This document shows, one piece after another, positions 36,818 through 50,430 of a DNA stretch of 64,000 nucleotides. How positions within the stretch are numbered: position 1 is the stretch's first letter; every line of letters begins with the position of its first letter. The notes below the pieces were generated by a model that was given only the letters and a program-made list of their open reading frames with translations, was not told the origin of the DNA and did no database searches. Location: positions 744,001-808,000 of the forward strand of contig NW_027117349.1 of NCBI RefSeq assembly GCF_038025025.1. Reading direction: 5' to 3'. Origin of the DNA: Phyllosticta citribraziliensis. Lineage: Eukaryota. A program made the position numbers and the translations under genes.

Positions 36818-39800
36818 ATGAATCATATCCGCCAGTCGTGTCGCCCGAAACACCAGGTCCTCATCCTCAAGTGCTATCCCCAGTTGCAAAAGGGCTACCG
36901 GGAGGCAGAGGTCAAGCCGAACAGTTCGGAGTTGAGTTATCTGCTGTACTATGCCTCGACGCGGCGCACGAAATTGGTCAAGGTGGGCGAGTTCCTGGAC
37001 AAAAGAACTGCGGGCGACGTGTGGAGACGGAGAATAGGGTACGTGACATTTATTCTACCTTTGGATGTTTTTGAACGAGTTGCGCGCGTCCATGCAAGGG
37101 ACTTCTTAGTGGGAGATCTGGTCAAGACAAGAGGCAGTAGTGCGCCTGCTAACATGTTGTGCTCTGCAGAAACGTCCTGGTTACTCTTCAAATCCTAAAG
37201 GCCCTGATTGAAAAATGTCCCCGCGACATTCCTCTCTACGCTCTGAGCCTCTTTAGCATCCTCCGCACCGTCCTCAACTCCAATGACATCACACTTGTAG
37301 AGGCATCTGTACCGACATTTGAGACATTATGCGCGCATCTCGACGCAGCGGCCCTCGCCGCCGACAACGAACTCGCTTCCCTTTATGAAGAAATTGTACA
37401 ACTTTATGCATTCTTCGCCAACAAGGAGAAGGAGAAGGAAGCAGGTCAGCTTTGGACCATGGAAATACGGTTTAGAAAAGCCGGCTTGTCGGCGATCAAG
37501 GCCGCTGCTGGCAGTGAATGCCTGGGCGCAGACGCTGGTAAACAACTAAGCGTTATTGTGCCTGTGATTTTAGTCAACCTGTACTCGACCGAGGGGATAA
37601 CCTTGACGCAGTTGGAACTTAGGGAAAAAGAGAGGGAAGACATGGACAAGGAGGCAGCATACAACCGGCGAAAAAGCTCGTCTACAATGCGCACCGTCGA
37701 GGACGGAGACGCCGGGGCCGTAGCCAGGACTACCGAGGACTCGGACAAGATGGCCGAAGAGGAAGCCGGCATCATCGCACTCCAAGCGCTGCGGAATATC
37801 TTCGAAGCGGTGAGCAGAGATCAACTGCGCCAGGCTACTGCCGCCGTTCTCAAATTCATATCGACCCGCGTAAAATGGACGGAACATTTTCCCAACGGCA
37901 ACGCTGATGGCTCATGGGCAACTACTCTATTCGCCATGATGTCTGGTTGGGCGCCTGTCCAGGACCGTTTTGTCATTCTCGTGACAGCATCGCATACGCT
38001 CGTCCACACCAAAATTGTCGAAGAGCATTTGGATCAGGAGTACGTTCTTGCCACCATCATCACTTGGCTTCTTGGCGACGCCCGAATCAACTTCATCGGA
38101 TTATCCGTCATGGATGTTCTTATTGGCCTGGTCAACCACATACTCAAGCTTTTGCACGTCAAAAGCCCGAGTTTGATGAATGGCGACGCTGGCGCAAAAG
38201 CTAGTAAAGAGACTCTCGAGGCTGCATCAACACCGGCCACCCAAACTCCTTCAGCAAGCCTCGCTGACGTGGTCGACCGGACGGCAGCTCCGTCCGAGGC
38301 GAGAGTGAGGCTGCTCAAGCAGCTTAAAAACTGTATTGCAAACCTCGCAAAGCATATTTACTACAACGACCAGATTCCGGACATGCTTCAGGCAATCTTG
38401 ATTCGCCTGAAGCCGTCGACCGGTCCCAACCAATCGATCGCTGCCACCACGGCAGCGGCAATCGAAGAATCCACGGCCATCGTGGATTTGGCTGCCAGCA
38501 CAGGTTCGCTGAGCGAGAAAGTACCAGCGGGATCCTTCTTCAGCTTCGAGACGGCGCGTGTTGTCGCTCTCGAGGCCATCAAAGACATTCTCCATGTGGC
38601 CAATTCTCCAAGTACGGACTCAGACGGCAACAAGAGCTCGATCGGCCGGAGCCGGGTGAGCGTCGACGTCTGGGAAGGCACTCAGTGGCTGCTTCGTGAC
38701 CCATTCGCTAAGGTGCGTCGATCGTACGTCGACACCTTGCTCACATGGCTGGAGCTCGAGGTTCGCAAGTCGGATTTGCGGGTTGTGGACCCGAGAACTG
38801 AGCGAAAAGAGACCGGGAGAAGAGAAGGCGACAACCTGGCGCGTAGGGCCGTATCGAATGCGAGTCAAACGAGAAGTCGAGAGAAGAGTCCAAGAAGGCT
38901 GAGAACGAGTTTCATGCCACTTTTGCATCTTGCAGTCTACGACAATGCGCTGCAATTTGCAACCTCTCCGGACGACGGCGCGGACATCGAATTCGTGTTG
39001 TTGCATCTCCTGCTGTCTCGGTTGGCACTGAAATTGGGTGTCAACGCTCTCCTGACTGGCCTTCCAATGATGATGAGGCTGCAAGAGGATATATCCACTG
39101 TCGAAGAAGCGACGGCAAAGATTCGCATTGGCAGCTTGGTTCACGGCTACTTTTGGGCTCTTGCGCATGCCTTTGCATTCGAGAGCAGTCCCACTGGCCT
39201 CCAAATCACGGCGGAGATCAACCGACGCAAAGAGCGCGGCTTGTGGCTCGAAGGCATTACCGTCCCTCCTGTTGAGCTTCAGGACATTGACACACGGACC
39301 CCAGCAGCGGGAGCTAGAATGCAGGAACCCGTTGATCTGAAACCCTTTGAAGATCGTCAAGACTTGGTCGACAGGATATCGGATGGCTATTCTGACGCCA
39401 TGTACTCGCCGCCCAACAGCCCCCCGGCCAGCCCGGGACGATCGAGCATTCCGAACCTCAATGTCAACGTGCCATTGTTCACAGGTCTCGGTATTGACAG
39501 CAATCTTCAGAGCTCTCCGCCACGTGCAGAAGTCAAGGAGGCCCTTACCCCTGCCAAGTCGAACATGCTGCCCGTCAAGATTCGAGACCAAATGCTTGAA
39601 TCCTGGAACAAGGAAGCCGTGCTCGCAATCATGGCAGCACACTACGACGCCAGCTCTGCGTCAGGCTCCCTTTCACACCGAACGAAGCGCGCCCATTCAG
39701 CCGTTGGCGCTGCCGCAGGTGGTGCGTCAACACCAAATGGCTTCCTTGGTGTCAGTGCTGGCTATGGAAGCCCCAACGGTCTGCCTCACCTCAGTCCCAG

Positions 39801-40590
39801 CCCGAGTATTGTCGGGAACCACCGCGCCGCTCTTGGTGCCCTCAACGACCATCATCATCGCAACGGTGCCAACGGCTCGCCCACGACCAGCAGCGCGCGC
39901 TCAGCCGTGCGTCTCGATGACCTCAAAAAGGTCCTCACGAACCAAGGCGACGGGCCTCTACCCCTGACCCGACACGGCCGGGACTCAGGGACCGCCGAGG
40001 GGGCTGACGAAGCCGTCGATGACGACGACGAGTCGTTCATCTCAGCAGACTTTTCAGCCAGCGAGTACTCGTATGCAGCGCCCGGGTCGAGCTACAGCCA
40101 CGCCAACCCAGACGACCCCAACGCCCGCCCGCCCCTCAGCACCGTCCCATCGTCGACCCTCGACGCCAACACGCCGACAGGTGACTACTCGGACCCTTCG
40201 AGTCCCAACGGCCACATTGACCACGTGCCCCCCGTGCCCCCTCTCCCCGCTGGCGTAGAGCCGGCCGCCGTCTCCAAACACCCCTCGCCGCCTGGCACCA
40301 CGTCGACCCACCCCAATTCCAACGGCAATCTGCACGCGCGCTCCCTCAAGTCGCGCGGCGCGCAGTCTGCCCGCAGCAGTCGCGGCCGCAGCCGCAGTCG
40401 CAGTGCCGCGGCGTCGGCCGTCAGCAACGGCCAGAGGAGAACGAGCGGCGCCAGTGGCATCATCGGCGCCGGCTCTGTCGGGGTGGCCAAGGTTGATCTG
40501 GGCGGCCTTTTGGCGGGCATCGACGTCGATGGGGATAGTGGGGATGATGGCATTAACGTTGGGGTTAAGCGGGGGAGGGCACCGTATTAG
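36818..40590 (+). CDS. EFR3: Efr3, plasma-membrane scaffold of the Stt4/PI4KIIIalpha complex, 2 exons
   Basis: N-terminal CRPKHQVLILKCYP, PNSSELSYLLYYA, KLVKVG, GLSVMDVL, HIYYNDQI. Intron 37039-37169. Confidence 0.92.
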
Positions 40591-41984
40591 GGTTGTCGTC
40601 GTGAGTGGAAGAGCGAAAGAAAGGGGTTGTTGATGGGGTGTTGATGTTGTTGTGCGGTTGTTGCGGGGTGCCGTTTGAGCCTTCTTGTTCTTTATTTTGT
40701 CTAGAGTCTGCCTACCTGCCTGCCTGCCTGGCCCTTTTTTACAACTTCCGGGGGGGTTGGTTGGTTCCATATGGTAGATTGACGGTTTGATAGGTAGTGA
40801 GTGTGGATGGATGGATGGATGGATGGTCTGATTCATTGTGTGTCTGTGTTTGCGTGAACTGGACTGTTTGTACTTGACTAGAGCAAGAAGGCAAGGCAGA
40901 GCGAGCGGAGCGATTGTGTGTGTGTGGAGAGCGAGCAGCTCCCGATCAGCCTCCTCCTCGTCATTTCCCATGTATGTGTGTGTGCGTATGGAGCGTGTCA
41001 GGTTCAACAGCGTAGTCGCCGGCTTGTCTGTCTGTCTGTCTGCTATTCAGTCTTCAGTCACTGCATCTACCCACCACTCTTCATGTACTCTTTGCGCTGG
41101 TGGTCGCTTTGCTTGCTTGCTTGCTTCCTTCCTTCTCCTCCGTCCGTCCGTCTGTCCGTCGCCCCAGACATCACCATCTCTCTCATCTGTCTACATACAG
41201 ACCACTCACTTACTCACTCACACTCCACGGACGGCGCGCACGCGCTTGTATATAGGATACTGGGGCGACGTGGGACGATGTGGGACGTGTTGGAGGGCGT
41301 GCGAGCAGACGGGCAGACAGACAGGCAGGCAGGGAGGCAGAACTTAAAAGTAGTATAGAATGAACGCCGCCCGATTGATCGGTCAGACAACGTCTCTTGG
41401 TGACTTGGTTGCGTGATTTTGTTGACACGTCGGCGCTTTGGAGGCTCCCGGGCTGTGTGGGCTGGCTGGCTGGTGGCATCTCGACTGGGGCTTACGAGGG
41501 GGCAGATTGGGGTGGTTGTGTTGTAGCAGTGATACCTAAGGCAGGGTGGAGGAGTGCACGTGCTCAGTGCCATGCGGGAGGGAGCGCCTCCATCAAGCTT
41601 GCAAGCTTCTGGCTGGGGCGTGCCATGTGGTTTCCGTCCTAGTGTAGTGGGCGATGTGAAGATGGGGTCTGGGGTTTAAGCTTTGCGAGGGGACAAACTG
41701 TGTCTGAGTGGTGAGGATGTAGCTTGGCTCGTCGTTGAAGAGGGCCGGCAAATCATTACTACCGTTGGCGCAAGGAGTTTGGGTTTGGGCAGTGCGTTTT
41801 GAAGGTTCAAGGTGATTCGTCCCCCAGATTCTGGATGACGCATGGACGATTTCGCAGAGTGGCAATGAGTCCTTCCCAAATCGAATGACATTGATACGCT
41901 TTTATTTCGTGTCTCCTGGCATTTTGCTTCGTGCAATCGTCAAAGAACATGGCTCACAGCCGTAGGTACTTGCAAGCTTGCTTG

Positions 41985-42861
41985 CTAGTCCTTCTTCGCA
42001 TCAGCCTTCATGCCCTCCTGAACCCACTTCCTCGCCTGAGCCGCCTGCGCCTCAACCTTGGCGGGATCCTTGAGCAGCTCCTTCATCTTGTCCTGGTCAG
42101 GCACGTTTCTTCCCTTCTCGACGCCGGGCCGGGCAGCCATGCGGTCCTCCCAGGCCTTGAGCGCCGGGAACTCGTTGACGTCGACGCCGCACCACAGCGA
42201 GGCCGACACCCAGCCAAAGTGCGCAATGTCGGCAATCGTGAGCTTGTCGCCGACGAGGTACTGGTTGCCCGTCTCGCTGAGGTGCGTGTCGAGGACGCGG
42301 TAGAGGCGGCGCGTCTCGTTCTGGTAGCGGTTGATGCCGTAGGGGATCTTCTCGGGGGCGTAGCGGAAGAAGTGGTTGGCCTGGGGGACACGCAGTGTTA
42401 GCATTTTAACTCGAGCCGTGGCATTCCCTGAGCTGCTTCTCTTACTTGGCCCTGCATTGGTCCCACGCCCGCGTTCTGGAAGAAGAGCCAGTTGTTCGTC
42501 TCGTAGTACTCGCGGGTGCCCTCGGGATACGATATCTTGTGGTCCTTGTCGTACTGGCTCACCAGGTACTGCATGATGGAGCCGGATTCGAACAGGCGGA
42601 TCTTCTGGCCGTCGCTGAAGGCGTCGGTCAAGGCCGGGATGCGGCCATTGGGGTTGATTGCGAGGAACCACGGCTCCTTCTGTGTGTTCTTGGAGATGTC
42701 GATCTTTTGGACTTGGTATGGAAGCCTTTGGCAAATTAGCTCCGCTCTTGCAAAGAGGTTCGCTCGTCTCGTTACCCAAGCTCCTCCAAGGTGATGGAGA
42801 TCTTGACGCCATTGGGCGTCTGGGTAGTGTAGAGCGTGATGTCGGGCTTTTGTGCTGCCAT
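41985..42861 (-). CDS. Glutathione S-transferase (Ure2/GstA-like), 3 exons
   Basis: LYTTQTPNGVK, INPNGRIPAL, FESGSI, GPMQGQANHF, YLVGDKLTIADI. Introns 42726-42775 and 42381-42445. Confidence 0.92.
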
Positions 42862-43511
42862 GATGTTGGATGAGGTTGCTTTGTCTGTGATGCTTGAGTT
42901 GAATGCGGCCGCTCTATATAAGTAGCGATGGCGACATGGTGGTGCACCAATGGTGGGGCAAGCGGCACCGATCGTAGCGGGGTGCTTAGAAATGTACACT
43001 GGCTTGTCAATCTCACGTCAGTGGACTCTGTGCTCCATCGATTTCCAGATTCGGAAAATATTCATTGAGACGATGGATCAGTGTCTAATATCCGTTCACA
43101 GCAAAAGAGCTCAGGCGCAGAATAAACACCCTGACTTGCGGGTGGTTTCCAACGTGAGGTTGTCAATTTTGGGGAAGTGAAGCTGTGTTTGGGCTCATAC
43201 AAACGCAAATATCGTAGATGAGGCCACTGGAGTTGAGTCTGGATGGCACCGCAGCTTGTTGTAATCAGCGGGACAGGGTCTTGCGTCGTCCGTTGAAAGA
43301 TGTCCGGTTGCTCACAGACACCACCGAAAAGCAGATGAGCCTGAGGCGCCACTCCTCGGTCTCACCTCGGAAGAATGAGCGTCCACATTGGATGACTAAG
43401 TCCTCCATTTGCCGAAGCCTGTCCGCAGAAGTTGTCTAAGACAGGCCCGCCTCTTCATTTGGAGCTTCAGCCTACACTCCACGACAACTCTCCCTCGACC
43501 CACCGGCAATC

Positions 43512-45561
43512 ATGGCTTGGCGCAACCAAGGCATCACCGGATCCAACAACATTCCCTTGGGAAATCGTCGTCGCTTTGGTGGCGACGGTGAGGACACTGG
43601 CTATGACCCGTCCGCTCCCGCCACTGGTCTTTCTGACCTCAAGCGCGGCCGGAGCCCGACGCGTGGTAAGCCTCTCTCCAGCTCTTCACTTTGGATGACA
43701 CTGACCAGAGCTTGATGTGATAGAATCTATCCTCTCCGATGGCGCCAAACGCCGCAAGAAGCGCAACCGCTGGGGTGACGCGTCGGACAACAAGGCCGCT
43801 GGCCTCATGGGATTGACCACGGCCATCACGGCCCACATGACTGCGGAGCAGCTCGAGGCTTACACCCTGCACCTGCGTATCGAAGAGATTTCCCAAAAGC
43901 TGAGGATTAACGATGTTGTCCCAGCCGATGGTGACAGGTACGTCCGCCTCCCCAACGCTTTCTGGCTTGAGCTCACACTGGGCAGATCTCCTTCGCCTCC
44001 GCCGCAGTACGACAACTTCGGTCGTCGTGTAAACACTCGCGAGTACCGCTACCGCAAGAAGCTCGAGGACGAACGTCACAAGCTTGTTGAAAAGGCCATG
44101 AAGATCATCCCGAACTACCACCCGCCCTCTGACTACAGGCGCCCAACTAAGACCCAAGAGAAAGTCTACGTTCCAGTCAATGACTATCCGGAGATTAACT
44201 TCAGTATGATTGCTAACCCTCGATCTCTAACCTTTCCATCTTGCACTCTCGTGTCGCACACAGTGTCTGTGGCATTCCATGTAATGCGCAGCGTTGCTAT
44301 CGTCACTAACCCACTCACTAATCCCGCACTTACGTCCTTGATGAGAACTACAAGCTAACAATAGGGTTTCTTCCTTACTAACAGTTGGACTCCTCATCGG
44401 ACCCCGTGGTAACACTCTGAAGAAGATGGAAACCGAATCAGCCGCCAAAATCGCCATCCGCGGCAAAGGATCCGTCAAGGAAGGCAAAGGTCGCTCGGAT
44501 GCTGCCCACACAAGCAATCAGGAAGAGGACTTGCACTGTCTCATCATGGCCGACACCGAGGAGAAGGTCAACAAGGCCAAGAAGCTCATCAACAACATCA
44601 TCGAGACGGTGAGTTCCATTCCTCTCCAGTTTCTAGTCAGACTTTCAACTAACACATACAGGCCGCATCCATCCCTGAAGGCCAGAACGAGCTCAAGCGC
44701 AACCAGCTTCGTGAGCTCGCCGCCCTCAACGGTACACTGCGTGACGACGAAAACCAGGCTTGTCAAAACTGCGGACAGATTGGTCACCGCAAGTACGACT
44801 GTCCCGAGCAGCGCAACTTCACAGCCAACATCATTTGTCGCGTTTGTGGCAATGCTGGACACATGGCCCGCGATTGTCCCGACCGTCAACGCGGCGCAAA
44901 CTGGCGCAACAACGACCGTGCCGCAAGACCTGGGGCTGGCGACCATGTCGACCGCGAATACGAGTCTCTCATGGCCGAGTTGGGAGGCGGCGCTGCTCCT
45001 GCTGCTATCGGTGGTTCTGGTCCTCAGCACCGCATCGAGGCGGGTCCAGGTGGCTATGATGATCAGGGTGATCGGGATATGAAGCCTTGGCAACGCGGTC
45101 CCACTGGTGCTGCTGCCCCCTGGCGCCAGTCCAGAGAGGAGCGTGATGGTGGATCGTCGGCTCCTCCTTGGGCCAGTGGTGGTGGCCGCGGCGGAAACGA
45201 CAGTTATGGTTACGGCGCACAATCTGGTGGTTATGGAGCTCCCGCTGCGCCTGGCGCTGCTCCTGGCGCTGCTCCTGGCGCTGCTCCCTGGCAACAACCT
45301 GCAGCTGTGCCTCCTCCTCCAGGTGGCGGTTATGGCTATGGCTACGGCTATGGAGCTGACCCCAACGCTGCCTATGGACAACCTGCCATGGGCGCACCTC
45401 CAGGCCTTGCTCCGCCGCCTGGCATGCCCGCCATGTACTCGGGCTACCCTGTGGCTCCGGGAACTTCTGGCAGCCCTCCTCCTCCGCCGCCTCCGGGCGA
45501 CGCTCCTCCTCCGCCACCTCCGAGTGACCAGCCTCCTCCACCTCCTCCCCCGGGCGCGTAA
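43512..45561 (+). CDS. MSL5: Branchpoint-bridging protein / splicing factor 1, 5 exons
   Basis: [23 protein letters not shown]2 ([22 protein letters not shown]), two CCHC zinc knuckles and a Pro-rich tail. Introns 43666-43723, 43938-43985, 44204-44384 and 44609-44661. Confidence 0.96.
44204..44384 (+). promoter_or_regulatory. 181-nt intron with six branchpoint-like CTAAY motifs and alternative splice sites (putative regulatory intron)
   Basis: CTAAC at 44213, 44227, 44306 and 44355, CTAAT at 44318, TACTAAC at 44376. Acceptors at 44364 (TAG) and 44384 (CAG). The motifs are seen directly, and the regulatory role is inferred. Confidence 0.65.
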
Positions 45562-47715
45562 GCGATTCATCAGTTCGTCAGATGTGATTGGTTCGACTTT
45601 GAGAATTCGGCACTTGGGATTCGGCGCGGTATTAGGAAGTAGGGACTACTAACTTCGTCTCGAGGTTTGTTCCGAGTTCCGAAAATGGATATCTTGCAAA
45701 GCATTGACCTTTAGCACTTGGGATCAGCAAGACTTTTTGCCCGCGCTGATTGCCGAGACTTGTCGATTCTACTCGTAGCCGCGATTTTTCTGGACATCCG
45801 GCGACGGCAGAGTGACTTGCGCAACGTTAGGTAGGTAGATGATTCAAAAGTGGGCGCGACTAGCACATTCACTCTTGACGTGCTTTTCTTCGTTCTTTCG
45901 CTTCCGCCTAATATCAAGGAGCTACTCTGCAATCATGAACCTTGGACATGAGACAAGAATCACGACATGCTCCGTTCGAATGCGCCAGTCCATCTCTGCT
46001 TGAGCTTGACATCATCTTCATGTGCTTAACGCTTACGACACATACCAAGAATGATGTAATTTTCGCAATCAGAAGCGTGTCGCTTCTCTCCTTTGGTTGC
46101 TCCTTAGATCATCCAACCTCGGACTCGGTCCAGCCGTTGTTCCAGCTGCGGAAAATTTCCATTCGCGGTGTTTGTGGTTGGCGCCTTGCTCCAAGGTCCG
46201 ACCTTGATCAGCTGCGCTCAGAGACGCTAGGTACTTGCCGCCACCTACCGTTTCCCAGTTTTGCGCTCGCAAGTACCCCACGGGGAAGATTGGCGGCGCG
46301 GTACAAATGCAACATGGCTGACACTGAACCTGTAAGTGACCACATGGTACCCACAAACGGCGAGATATCCATATTGTCGTCTGGTACCTAACCACTACCG
46401 TCCATCGTGGTCATCCGCATGTTGACCGAAGCGGATCTCCGCCTCATTTTTGAGCAATCTCTTGTCATCTAAGCCACGGTACCTGTCCACGAGATCACAA
46501 CAAGATGGATGTTGCTTTGGGGAGAGGACCAAGCAATATGCAGCTGCTTGGCCTTGGCCCAAAAATGTCCACAGATCTGGCCCGTCCCACATCGGACGCT
46601 CTGTCTGACTTGGCTCGTGTCTTCGACTTCTTGTCACCTTGGTAAGCCAAGAGATGTGCAGTCTGCTCGGTGCCATGTGCGAGCTTGCCCGCGCACGCTA
46701 ACAACGTCTTTTCAAGAGCTTCGATTCTGTTCTCTGGGCCAAAGTCAATGTGAGATGGCCAAGTACAATACCACGGAAGCTGTCAAACTTGGTACGGAGA
46801 CATTCTCGAATTTAATTCCCGCAGGACCGTCTGAGTTGCAAAGGTAACATGATTCGTGTTGTTTGTCCGCTTGGCCCGTAATGGCAGGCCAAGACGACCC
46901 GTCTGAGGTGGGCGGATCAATTTGAGGGCAAGTTGATCGGCAAACCGACCCCGCTCCTCACATTCAATGTGTGTGTGAGGACATTTGCTTTATCTGCACG
47001 GCACTCAAGGACAAAGCAACAGATTGCTCCAACAAAGGCACGGACTCGGACTGAACGACCTGAGAATTTCCATAACTGCTCCGTATTCGCATCCGAAAAA
47101 GGTTGAACAGCGTTCATGTCACCGTCCACGTCGGCTCGCGCGGTCAACCTTCTGCATGCGCCAATCAGGGAAATCGATTCTTGGGATATCTCTTCAATGC
47201 AGACTGACGGCGACACAGCCGATTTCGCGTTGTTCGTTCGCACCCAACCTAGCGGGCCTTGCAATTGCAGACCAGGAGGCCCAGGGTAGTCGAGTGTGGG
47301 CTCGATGCTCCGGGCCATGTGAGTGTGCGGGGTGTTGGTTCAGCCACCCCACGGGGTATGCCTGTCGGGCCGTCGTCTGGCTCTAGTTCCGTTTCAACGG
47401 GCTGAAGGGGCTCCTGATTGGCCAGAATGGTCGATGCTGGAGCGTTGCGACAGAGTTCCGCAGCCCTTGTTCTCCAAGCTACCGAGGCTCCTTTCTAGTG
47501 TCCATGGCCTTCATGAGAATGTAGCTATGGGTGGAAATGGGGAGGCTCATATTAAAGTCATTGCGGTGCATTTTCATCCCGCATTGCATCTGACATTCCG
47601 TCCCTGGGAGCTCTGATTGCTTCTTGAACTACACGTAAACGGCTGTGGTGGTGGCATTTTGCGCCTCGTTCTATCTCAAGATTTTGAAACCCATCTTACC
47701 CCACCAATCTTCACC

Positions 47716-49933
47716 ATGGCGACGCAGGATCGCCAGCCAAATGGCCACGACGAATCCCACTCTTCAGAAGACCTTGAGAAGCAAAGAACAAACCAAATCG
47801 AACAAACGCAATCTAACCCCTCGGTGGAACCCATCAGGACGATTTCGAGAGTCCCAGGGAACCCAAACTACTACGAGAAAAATGGACTCCGGACATATGG
47901 TGATGGCATGGAACACGACCATGAGCCGCCGGTAGCACCACCATCTTGTAACAGAGTCCAGCAGTGCTAATACAGAGCAGATGACGGTAAAACGCTTCAT
48001 GGCAATCGTAGCCATGTGCTTCCTTTGGGTGGCATCGCAAATCCCCGTTTACCTCTTCGGCGGCTGCATCACTCTCATTTACTCTGACATAGGCGGCAGC
48101 GACACGTACATTTGGTCCGTCATTGGCAATCTGCTGGCCATCGCCGCGGTGACGCCGTTTGTTGGCGCCTTTTCTGATCTATTTGGCCGTCGCTGGGTCG
48201 GTGCCGCTGGAATGGTTTGTACAAACGCATCCCAGATTCACGAATGATTATTGCTAATGCTGCACCCCAGGCACTCATCACACTCGGCATGATCATTTGC
48301 TCTGTTGCTGGCAACATGAATGTCTTCATTGCCGGTATGGTTATCGCGGGCGTCGGTGGTGGTGTTTGCGAGTTGACCGCGCTGGCTGGCACTGGTGAGC
48401 TGGCACCGACTTCCAAGCGTGGTCTCTACGTCGGCGGCGTGATTCTCAGCATTCTGCCATTCTGCCCGGCGGTGTTGTGGGCCCAGCTCATCTCCAAGAC
48501 TTCATGGCGCTACAACGGCCTGTTCGCTGCTCTCTGGTCCGCCATCGGCCTGGGCCTCCTGCTCGCCTTCTACCACCCTCCGCCTCGCGTCAACTCTCAG
48601 GGCTTGAGTCGCAAGGAGATTACACGGCGCATTGACTACGTCGGAGGCTTCCTAGCCACGGCTGGAATCGTACTCTTCCTCATGTCTCTCGTATGGGGAG
48701 GCTACCAGCACCCCTGGAAGAGCGGGCACGTCGTTGCTCCCATGGTGATTGGCATCTTGTGTCTCATTGGATTCGTCATCTGGGAGTGGAAGTTTGCGAC
48801 GTGGCCCCTGTTTCCCGCTCGCATCAAGCGGGACCTTCGCAACATGTCTCTCATCCTCCTCATCACCTTTACCTCCGGAGCAAACTTCTTCAGTGTCTTG
48901 GTCTGGTGGCCAGTCCAGTCCGAGTCAATGTACGACAAAGACCCGATCCAGGTCGGCATCCGGAGCTTGCCGATTGGCTTTGGTATCATTGGTGGTTCCG
49001 TGGTCGTGGCCTTCTTGGTCACGCTGTTGAACGGGAAAATCAGAACCTTGATGGTCATTTCTTGTGCGATGATGACCGCTGGTATGTTTCCCCTGCCTCT
49101 TACCGTTCTTCTTCCTGCTCTCGTGGTTCAAAGTGCTAATCGGTAACTAGGAACTGGCGGCATGATCGTCGCTGATCTCAACAACCTCCATACTGTATAC
49201 GCTGTTCTTACCCTGGCAGCCTTGGGCGTCGGCGGCGTCATCATTCCGTGCCAGATCATCATTACGATCATCTGTCCCGATGATCTAATTGCCACCGTAA
49301 GGTTCCCTTCTCGGTTTTGGGAAGTTCCTAGGACTGACGTTGTTGACAGGCCACGGCTATGGCGTTGTCCGTCCGCATGATCGGCGGCTGTATCGGCTTT
49401 GCCATTTATTACAACATTTTCAAAACGCACTACACTGACAATGCGTACACGACAATCGCTCCGGCCGCCATCACTTATGGCTTTGTCTTTGACACAGCCA
49501 CTATTTACAACATTGGTATGTAGCCCCTTTCCCCTTCAGTTTTGTGTGAACCCAAACACACCGTGGACATCAAAGGAGAATGCGGGCCCTGGCACTGTTG
49601 TACCATGGCTAGAGCCACGCAACTGTCCTTCGTCACTTCAAACGCACCAAACAAGTTGCCAGTCTTCCACACAAGCCGTGACGCTGACACTTCCTCGCAG
49701 CTCTCGACATCTCGGCCAATCTGAACAAGAACTTGACGACGTACCCGACGCTGCGCAACAACCCAGTCGGCGTGGAACGCATCATCGAGGCCGGACGCGA
49801 GTGCTTCGCCAAGTCCTTCCCCCACATGTACTGGGCGGGCGTCGGGTTCGGCATTGCAAGCACCGTGGCGGCCGTCTTCTTGGGCGACATCACGCAATAC
49901 CTTGACGATCACATTGCAGTTTACATGGGCTAG
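47716..49933 (+). CDS. MFS transporter, Tri12/DHA2-like efflux pump, 6 exons
   Basis: YYEKNGLRTYGDG, SQIPVYLFG, FSDLFGRRW, ELAPTSKRG, FYHPPPR, IDYVGG. Introns at ~47932-47980, 48214-48270, 49082-49150, 49297-49349 and 49516-49700. Confidence 0.9.
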
Positions 49934-50430
49934 ACTTTGCTGGCGACGGAAATTCGGCAGGGACGCAGCATTCGTTTTTGGGTTTGTTCGCACTGTTGCT
50001 GGTTTTGGTTTTGTGAACTCGTAAAGGCAAGTGAAGGAGGCACAGGAAGAGAAATTGTGTGGTCTTGTTCGACGATGCGTTTCGACTGATGAGATACTGG
50101 TTGTCGCTCACTTTTGAATTTATTCGGATATGTCCATAGGTTGGCTGGAAGTGTCAATAGAATACAGTTCGCACCATTGCCTGGTTGAGAAGACATTGCA
50201 ATCATGCGAAGTTTGCAAGTTGACACGATCACATGCAAAGGGACGGGAAGTGATTTGAGATTGCCAAGTCTTGTCCTTTCACAAAGCAAAATGGGAAGCA
50301 CAGATTTTGAAAGAAAGTGTATTTCTACCACGCAGCAAAAGCGAGCAAAAATGATACATCAAGTATCATACATGCAACTAGCTACAATCAAGTCCCCGAA
50401 GAAAACTCGACAAGCCAAAAAGGAAACCAC

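Noticed and set aside
49516..49700. 185-nt MFS intron as TPP riboswitch or snoRNA host
   Set aside because: No TPP aptamer core motifs or convincing C/D or H/ACA boxes seen.
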